A stretch of 40,312 nt of DNA from the sequence record PP869411.1; one strand, written 5' to 3'. A model generated the notes under the pieces. The model was not told the DNA's origin. It did no database searches and was given only the letters and a program-made list of their open reading frames with translations. Source of the stretch: Enterobacter phage vB_EclP_26. Shown one piece after another: positions 34,074 through 40,312 of the stretch. Numbering within the stretch: the stretch's first letter is position 1; each line of letters starts with the position of its first letter. The translations under genes and the position numbers were made by a program.

Positions 34074-36239
34074 TTAACCACGTAACTGAATAATCTGAAG
34101 AGTGACGCCTGAATCACACGTCAAGGTAATGACGTTAGACGCATTCTTAGAGGATGTTACGTATTTTGTCGCCACAAGATGTACCATGGCGGAGCTAGTC
34201 GCAAGACGCTGCCTTGTATCGATGGTGAACTGTACGGTCCTGTTACCAACGGCCTCATAAGCAGTAACCTCAATCTTAGGAGCTAGATATCCATAAGCTG
34301 CCGGGTCTATTGTGGCGGTAGTTGCACCCGGAGAGATTATGTTTGCGGTAGAGTATCCGTCTATAGGTGACCATACTCGACCAACGAACGCAGTAGGAAC
34401 GATGTTGTTCTTATATGACTGGATGACAGGTACTCGGTCTGCCGAACCTGAGGATACAAGGTCGTAGTACAGCATGAAACTATCAGCCGCACGCGAGAAG
34501 TCACAGTTAGTGATTCGCGCAATTAGAGGTTTAGAGGTAGCAGCCTCGGTAAGTAGAGCCGTGAACAGAAGGTTATCTCCAGCAGTCAGACCGTCCATTA
34601 CAACCTCACGGTGCAGCCCTGTTCCTTGGTCAGCTCGCGCCACAATCCTGTCGGTGTTGAAGAACGTACCAGCTAAGACCTTGACAGTCTCAGAGTTCGC
34701 CCAGCGTACTGCGTGAGTCGCTCCGTTACACACACCAAAGGTTACGACACAGCTTCTGGTACCATACACACCAACTACCGGGTACTTCGTGGTCCCATTC
34801 CACTCAAAGTGGTCGATGTGAACAGACACATGGCCTCCCTGAGCAAGACCTCCAGTCACTGCCCCCGATACGCGTACACCGAGCTGTAGACCATTGATGC
34901 CTGTGTGTCGGAGTTTTCCAAGGTATTTGACCTTGATGGACCCGAAGGTCTTGGCGTTGACACCCATGCAGATACCCTCGTCGTCTGTGCCACGAACGTA
35001 CCCGATGTCTACGTGGCAGTCTTCACAGTCGCCATCAAAGTTAATGCCCCTGTGGTCAGACTCTTCGACACCTCCCTTACCAATAACGTAGCAACGCTTA
35101 ACGTGGTGGGCACCAATACAGTTGTTATTGTGTAGCTGCGGAGCATTGGCTGAGCTGAAGATGGTGGACAGCTTACCATCCAGAACGATGATGATGTTCT
35201 CCCAGTATTCAGTCAGGACCGTGAAGTCACCAGCATCCGGGTCGACTCGTGGGGTAATATCGAACATCCCGCCACTCTGACCGAGGACTGTAGCTGGCTC
35301 ACTTGCGTCCTTGTAGTAACCGATGATGTGGACACCAGTTGCAATGTGGAGCGTGAAGTTGTCGCGATACGGGTTAATGGACGAGCAAAGTCGGTAGTTA
35401 CCAGGAGTCTTAACCGTGAACGTGGAGTAATACTTACGGCGAAGGACTTTACGCATCAACAAGGTGTTGGCCCATGCAGCCGCAAAGTTGTAACTATCTG
35501 TAGGCTCAAGTCCCATCTTAACGAGGTCTGCCACTGGGTCCAGATAGATGAGCCAGCCGTCCCCTGACTTAATGTAGAACCGTGGGTCATTAGTTGGCTC
35601 AGCTGTTACATACTTCCAGTCGGTTGTGACGGTAGTTTTATTGAACAACGTGCGGACGAGTTGACCGTTCTTTGGGTTGATTGCAGGCACACCAGCTACA
35701 GTGTCAACCAGAACCATACCTCCACCAATCAGACTTGCGCCATCCGGTAGAGCCAGTCGAGCCAGAGTATCTAAATCCCCAGCAGATGCCAGAGCGTCGA
35801 TGACCTCGTTGTACAGGTTCTCTGTCTCATCGCGGTAACCCTTAACAATCTCGATACCGTCCTCGATAGCCTCAACAGCAGGCCGGACGTAAGAGTCAAT
35901 CAGGTCACGACCCTCTTCGGCGATATGGATAGCCTGAAGCTCAGATACCGTCAAGTCTTTGGCTGTAAGTACCGAACCGTCAGCGAATGTGACCATCGGC
36001 TCAGAGGACGTAAAGCGGTTAATCTGAAGAGTATCGAACCCAGTCTGGTCAGCCAGAATCTGAATCTCAGTGGACGTATTGAATGAGTAGTCATTGACCA
36101 CACGCAGGACCTGAGTACGCTCTGGGGTGACCGATGTGTCGACCAGCGTAACCACGACGAAAGGTCTGGCAAGATAGTCGAACGGGATTCGATATGTAAG
36201 CTGTCCGGCAGGGTAACGCTCGGTTACTGTTGTAGTCAT
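34074..36239 (-). CDS. tail fiber / tailspike: T7 gp17-like N-terminal adaptor plus beta-helix (depolymerase-like) C-terminal domain
   Basis: 721 aa starting MTTTVTE, with RBS AGGAGG. The N-terminus IPFDYLARPFVVVTL...IHIAEEGRD matches T7 gp17 residues 1-150. The C-terminus is rich in G/N/V/T repeats (GINGLQLGVRVSGAVTGG, HVSVHIDHFEWNG), typical of parallel beta-helix tailspikes. Confidence 0.88.
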   Translation of the reverse strand: MTTTVTERYPAGQLTYRIPFDYLARPFVVVTLVDTSVTPERTQVLRVVNDYSFNTSTEIQILADQTGFDTLQINRFTSSEPMVTFADGSVLTAKDLTVSELQAIHIAEEGRDLIDSYVRPAVEAIEDGIEIVKGYRDETENLYNEVIDALASAGDLDTLARLALPDGASLIGGGMVLVDTVAGVPAINPKNGQLVRTLFNKTTVTTDWKYVTAEPTNDPRFYIKSGDGWLIYLDPVADLVKMGLEPTDSYNFAAAWANTLLMRKVLRRKYYSTFTVKTPGNYRLCSSINPYRDNFTLHIATGVHIIGYYKDASEPATVLGQSGGMFDITPRVDPDAGDFTVLTEYWENIIIVLDGKLSTIFSSANAPQLHNNNCIGAHHVKRCYVIGKGGVEESDHRGINFDGDCEDCHVDIGYVRGTDDEGICMGVNAKTFGSIKVKYLGKLRHTGINGLQLGVRVSGAVTGGLAQGGHVSVHIDHFEWNGTTKYPVVGVYGTRSCVVTFGVCNGATHAVRWANSETVKVLAGTFFNTDRIVARADQGTGLHREVVMDGLTAGDNLLFTALLTEAATSKPLIARITNCDFSRAADSFMLYYDLVSSGSADRVPVIQSYKNNIVPTAFVGRVWSPIDGYSTANIISPGATTATIDPAAYGYLAPKIEVTAYEAVGNRTVQFTIDTRQRLATSSAMVHLVATKYVTSSKNASNVITLTCDSGVTLQIIQLRG

Positions 36240-36287
36240 TGGACCTCCTGTTGTGAAATTAATGGGAGTCTGTGGTAGCACTCCCGT

Positions 36288-36307
36288 TTCCTATAGTGAT
36301 AGTTTAG
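36288..36307 (-). promoter_or_regulatory. phage-RNAP promoter (phi17 equivalent)
   Basis: CTAAACTATCACTATAGGAAA; overlaps the gp16 stop. Confidence 0.8.
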
Positions 36308-39300
36308 TCTTTGATGTGAATGCCTTGCTCCTCAAAGGTTCCCAGCAGCAACTTCTGAGTAATCGGGTCGTTCGGGACCAGCTCTCGGAAGGTGTTATAC
36401 ATCCCGGTCATATAGTCTCGCTCATCGACACGGGTGTCCGCCTTGAGGTATCCCGCCAAGTTGTAAGCCGAAGCGCCAACGTTAGCAGCATATCCGAAGG
36501 CTGGGACCTGTTGCAGGAAGTTGCTCACCACGCCCATCACTGGGTCAGACTTAGCGGCTCCAAAGGTAATCGCACGGTCTGGCTTCTCAGTCGGAGACCG
36601 AGGAAGGATGGAGGAGCGGAGCATCTGAGCATCTTGATAACCAGCTATGCCACCTAGGATGTTAGCCACACCCAGTGGGCCACCAAGATGGGAGCTACGA
36701 GACAGAGCCGCATAGCCAATCATGGTCGGGTCAAGAGCCTGCTTCAGATAATCACGGTCACGACCGTCCTGCATAGCGTAGGCCTTAACGTGCGCCTGAG
36801 CCATGTAGTACAGACCAGCGAGTCCCATAGACATCGTGACGGCTAACGCTTGGTCAATCGCTCGGTTGTTCTTGGTGGCGTTGTAGTAGCTACGCATGGT
36901 TCGACCATTGATGGACTTGATGACGAAGTTCTTAAACTGGAGAACTGTCTTAGCCAGTGGGCCGTAGGCCTTGGCGTCCATGTTGGACAGCTTGTGTGGA
37001 CGGAGCAGGGTCTCATCAGCGATGGTATCTCCCATACGCCAGAGGTCCATAGCCCTTGGGTCCTGACTGAAGGCCTTCTTGTCCTTGATGGTCATCTTGC
37101 CGTCTGGACCACGAGTCACGGACTCACGGATTAGAGACTTGATGCCCTTCCACTGCTCCGGCGAGATACCAGCAGTCTTCAACCAGCGGTCATCGAACCT
37201 ACGCTTGCTCCCAGTCAGGCTATGCTCCACAACGTCAGACAGGAAGCCTTGACGCCCAGCATCCAGCAGGTAGTTAGTCGTGGAGTTCAGGACTTTAGTC
37301 AGCGGAGAGCGGGCTGCAAGCTCACCAGTGTAATACTTGGCAGAACCCAGAGCTGTAGCAGAGGTCTTACTCAAGTCGCTATAAGCACGCAGTCGGTCGA
37401 TGACATCCTGTTTGGATGGTCGGATTGAGTCGTCCAGCTCCTTACCGAAGACTATGTTGTGCAGGTCCTTAATCTCAGAGGCCCCGACCTTCTTGTTACG
37501 GAACGCCAAGTCTCTGAACATAGGGATGCCGTGCAGCATAGCTCGGACGTTACCACGGGCCAACATACCGCCAATCTCCGTCAGGTTCTGTACACCCATG
37601 TAGGCATTCTTAGCGAAGAACGATAAGTCTGTCATGGTGCGCATTACTGTAGAGAAGGCCGCATCGTCTGCACCATCACGTCGAGCACGCCCGGTCAAAA
37701 TCTTCAGGGTGTCACGTAGGGTTGAGACCTCGCCCTTCAGCTGACCATCGTCTCCAGCTTTGTTCATCAGGGTCTCTACCGCATCCTTCATCTCCTTGGT
37801 AGTCTTCCCAGTACCAGCCATGATAGAGATGTCGCCATTGACTCGACGGTTGTACGCCGGGACAATCTTGTCCATATCCCACTCACGCAGGTTGTTGACG
37901 CTGAAGGTCTCACCATTAGGCAGGACGATTGACATATCGCTATCGAACAGGTTACGAGCCTCTAAGAAGCTGTTGTTCTCCAGACCTACCAGACCCTGAA
38001 TGTTCTCCTCCATAACGGACGAGCGGGAGAACTGGTCAGTGTGAGAGATACCGTAGGCCTTATCGTTGGCGTACTTCTCGACCGCAGCCGCAAGCCCCTC
38101 TGGAGTCAACGTAGGGTCAGCCTCTAATAGCGCCTCGTCCACACGCTTCTTGACCTCAGGTCTGGACGCATAGCTGGTCAGCCACGACTTCTTGATGGCT
38201 TCTTGCAGTGCCTCGTTACTACCCAGCTCCCGGATGTAAAGTTCCTTCATCTGGTTGCTGTAGACGTGAGGGACATACGTGCCCTTGAAGCGGCTACCGG
38301 GGAATATAGACACAGCGTCTGCACGCCCAAACATCGCAGGGTTTTCCATCATCTCACGCTTGGCGTCGAACTGGTTCTTCAGCAGGTCATATACCTTAAG
38401 CTCTCCCGGAGTCAACTGCGACTTCAGGTCACCTGTGCCATCCTCGATAGCCAGCGACACACGTTGGTAGATGTCCTGACGGAAAGCACCGTTATCGCGC
38501 CAGAATGAAGTCTGGAAGTAAGGGTCCTTGAGGGCCTCAGTAACTGCATCGTCGATGTCATTATAGAACCTATGGTCCACTGCCCGGAGTCGCTCGAAAA
38601 CGTCTGACGCTGTGGTCCCAATCTTACCGCTGGCACCAGATTGCATACCAGTCGGTGAGCGAACCAAGTCTGACGCTAAGCCTCGAATCTCAGGGTTCTG
38701 GGACCGGAGGAGCTTAAGGCCAATCTCAGTCATGCCGCCAAGGTTCACACCAGCTGCTGCACGCTCAGGCTCAATCACATTGTCGAAGACTTGACGTGTC
38801 TTAGGGTTGAGAGGATTCTCACCAATCAGGATTGAACCATCTTCCAGTCTCACACTCCCCGGCTCGTTAGGTACATCAGCGAAACGCACACCATTATGCT
38901 CGAAGACCTCCTCACCCTCACGGAGAGGGATGCGCGACAGGTCCTGACCATCGGTATTACGGGCTGTCTCACGGGCTTCCAGACGGGTGGCTGGACCAGC
39001 GAACTCATTAGGTGTGGACTTACCGAGCACACGGCCCAGACCATCAGCTATAGCAGTCATTCCTCCACCGAACAGAGCACCTCCCATGATGGCTTCAGCA
39101 ACGTGAGCGTCACCACCAGCCACGGATGTACGGGCAATCTCAGAGGCACCAGCTAAGGCACCAGACTGAGCAGCCACAGTGAACATCTTGTTGACCAGCT
39201 TACCGCCCTTGCCAACTTGTCCAGCTACAGGAACGTAGGTCAAAGGGTCTACGCCAGCACCAATCACGCCAGCTGCCAGCTGAGCACCAGTCCCAGCCTT

Positions 39301-40194
39301 GGCCTTCTCTTGGTCTAACTTCTGGTTCTCCAGCGCTAGGTTGATGAGTTCGGTCAGGTTCTGTGGCGAGCCACCAGTGATGACTCCGTAATACTGAGGC
39401 ATGACTCCGGCCTGACGAATTTGGTCTAACTCATCGCGGGACCACTTGTGGTTATTCCAACGGGTAGGGTTAAACACATCGCCAATGACGTCTAGTGAGT
39501 CCTCGGTCTGACCAGCTCGGATAGCCACGCCGACCATTGAGTTCTTCACCTCTGCTTCAGCTGCACCGCCGAACCCGAACCAAGTAGAGCGGTCTGCTCG
39601 TTGGTCCAATGTCTCACCAGTGGACTTATAGAACTGCTCGCCCATTGACTCAACCGGAGCAGCAGGTGCCTGACCTTCCACATTCAGACCAGTAACACCC
39701 GGAAGGTCCTGACCCAAGGAGACCTTAGGCTTGGCCTTCAGGCCCTCGGTCAGTGCGTCAAAAACGTTAGCGCTTACTGGTGGAGTCTTTGGGGAGATAC
39801 CGTTGAGTGCGCGAGACACTCCCTGCTGGTAGACTTCTGGGTTATAACGTGAGCCAGTCTCATGGAAGCCTATAGCTTCAGCCAGAGATGCCAGAATGTC
39901 AGGGTCCTGCAAGTCGATACTTTGGGTCGCCGGGATGCCAGTAGCCGCTACGATTGAATCGATGTAGGCCTGTGTGTCATTCTCGTTAGGAGGAGCCCAG
40001 CGTCCGATAATCTTCTCGATTGAGTCGTAACCTTGGCGACCGTAGCTCATCAGGTTCTTAGCCAGAGCGCGGACACCAGAGTCAGGAGTGTCAAACGTTA
40101 CGAAGGACCCATCGTCCCCTGTGGCCCCTTCCCATTGGTCCTTAGACTTACGGATGTTCCCGATGTTGTTGTTGCGAATACCACGAGTCGCCAT
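36304..40194 (-). CDS. internal virion protein D, T7 gp16 homolog with divergent N-terminal domain
   Basis: 1296 aa. Colinear with T7 gp16 from about residue 200 onward (RLEARETARN, VRSPTGMQSGASGK, AKNAYMG, NTTNYLLDA, MDLWR, ALSRSS). The first ~130 aa lack the T7 SLT motif. The ATG follows the gp15 stop across the window junction (GGAGTAACATAATG). Confidence 0.93.
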   Translation of the reverse strand: MATRGIRNNNIGNIRKSKDQWEGATGDDGSFVTFDTPDSGVRALAKNLMSYGRQGYDSIEKIIGRWAPPNENDTQAYIDSIVAATGIPATQSIDLQDPDILASLAEAIGFHETGSRYNPEVYQQGVSRALNGISPKTPPVSANVFDALTEGLKAKPKVSLGQDLPGVTGLNVEGQAPAAPVESMGEQFYKSTGETLDQRADRSTWFGFGGAAEAEVKNSMVGVAIRAGQTEDSLDVIGDVFNPTRWNNHKWSRDELDQIRQAGVMPQYYGVITGGSPQNLTELINLALENQKLDQEKAKAGTGAQLAAGVIGAGVDPLTYVPVAGQVGKGGKLVNKMFTVAAQSGALAGASEIARTSVAGGDAHVAEAIMGGALFGGGMTAIADGLGRVLGKSTPNEFAGPATRLEARETARNTDGQDLSRIPLREGEEVFEHNGVRFADVPNEPGSVRLEDGSILIGENPLNPKTRQVFDNVIEPERAAAGVNLGGMTEIGLKLLRSQNPEIRGLASDLVRSPTGMQSGASGKIGTTASDVFERLRAVDHRFYNDIDDAVTEALKDPYFQTSFWRDNGAFRQDIYQRVSLAIEDGTGDLKSQLTPGELKVYDLLKNQFDAKREMMENPAMFGRADAVSIFPGSRFKGTYVPHVYSNQMKELYIRELGSNEALQEAIKKSWLTSYASRPEVKKRVDEALLEADPTLTPEGLAAAVEKYANDKAYGISHTDQFSRSSVMEENIQGLVGLENNSFLEARNLFDSDMSIVLPNGETFSVNNLREWDMDKIVPAYNRRVNGDISIMAGTGKTTKEMKDAVETLMNKAGDDGQLKGEVSTLRDTLKILTGRARRDGADDAAFSTVMRTMTDLSFFAKNAYMGVQNLTEIGGMLARGNVRAMLHGIPMFRDLAFRNKKVGASEIKDLHNIVFGKELDDSIRPSKQDVIDRLRAYSDLSKTSATALGSAKYYTGELAARSPLTKVLNSTTNYLLDAGRQGFLSDVVEHSLTGSKRRFDDRWLKTAGISPEQWKGIKSLIRESVTRGPDGKMTIKDKKAFSQDPRAMDLWRMGDTIADETLLRPHKLSNMDAKAYGPLAKTVLQFKNFVIKSINGRTMRSYYNATKNNRAIDQALAVTMSMGLAGLYYMAQAHVKAYAMQDGRDRDYLKQALDPTMIGYAALSRSSHLGGPLGVANILGGIAGYQDAQMLRSSILPRSPTEKPDRAITFGAAKSDPVMGVVSNFLQQVPAFGYAANVGASAYNLAGYLKADTRVDERDYMTGMYNTFRELVPNDPITQKLLLGTFEEQGIHIKD

Positions 40195-40312
40195 TATGTT
40201 ACTCCTTACCGATTAAGGTGTTTGCGATACCCTCCAGTGAGACGTCTTTGTACATACCGCCCCGCTCTTGGACTCTCGCTTCTGCTGCATTGCGTCGTTT
40301 ATCACCAGCCGC

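Overview
The window is a complete, circularly permuted T7/T3-like podovirus (Autographiviridae) genome of about 40.2 kb. It appears to be a k-mer overlap assembly: positions 1-127 are identical to 40186-40312, so the unit genome is about 40,185 bp. The window edge falls at the gp15/gp16 junction. Every real gene is on the minus strand; the plus-strand ORFs in the track are antisense artefacts. Reading the minus strand from high to low coordinates gives T7 gene order. The early region holds sigma70 early promoters, a T3-type SAM lyase (gene 0.3), an unknown 106-aa protein, a short 0.7-type protein kinase and three small genes, followed by the single-subunit RNAP (gene 1). The middle region holds gp1.1, gp1.2, ligase, an HNH endonuclease, gp1.7, gp2, SSB, endonuclease I, amidase/lysozyme, primase-helicase, DNAP, gp5.5, gp5.7, exonuclease, gp6.5, gp6.7, gp7 and gp7.3. 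The late region holds portal, scaffold, capsid 10A with a T7-like -1 frameshift to 10B, the Tphi terminator, gp11, an inserted ASCH/DUF3850 gene, gp12-gp16, a gp17 with a beta-helix tailspike C-terminus, holin, small terminase, a second HNH, Rz/Rz1 and large terminase. Twelve copies of a phage-RNAP promoter are present (consensus CTAAACTATCACTATAGGGA on the minus strand), with a T7-like initiation core but a different upstream specificity region. Two families of conserved structured intergenic elements look like T7-style RNase III sites or 5' hairpins. The non-coding 29.6-30.3 kb region contains T7-left-end-like ACCTACAG repeats and a likely collapsed terminal repeat of about 210 bp. No integrase, tRNA or CRISPR was seen. 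The most interesting parts are the novel RNAP/promoter pair, the uncharacterised early genes around the SAM lyase and kinase, the ASCH gene between gp11 and gp12, two HNH insertions, the divergent gp16 N-terminus and the tailspike.
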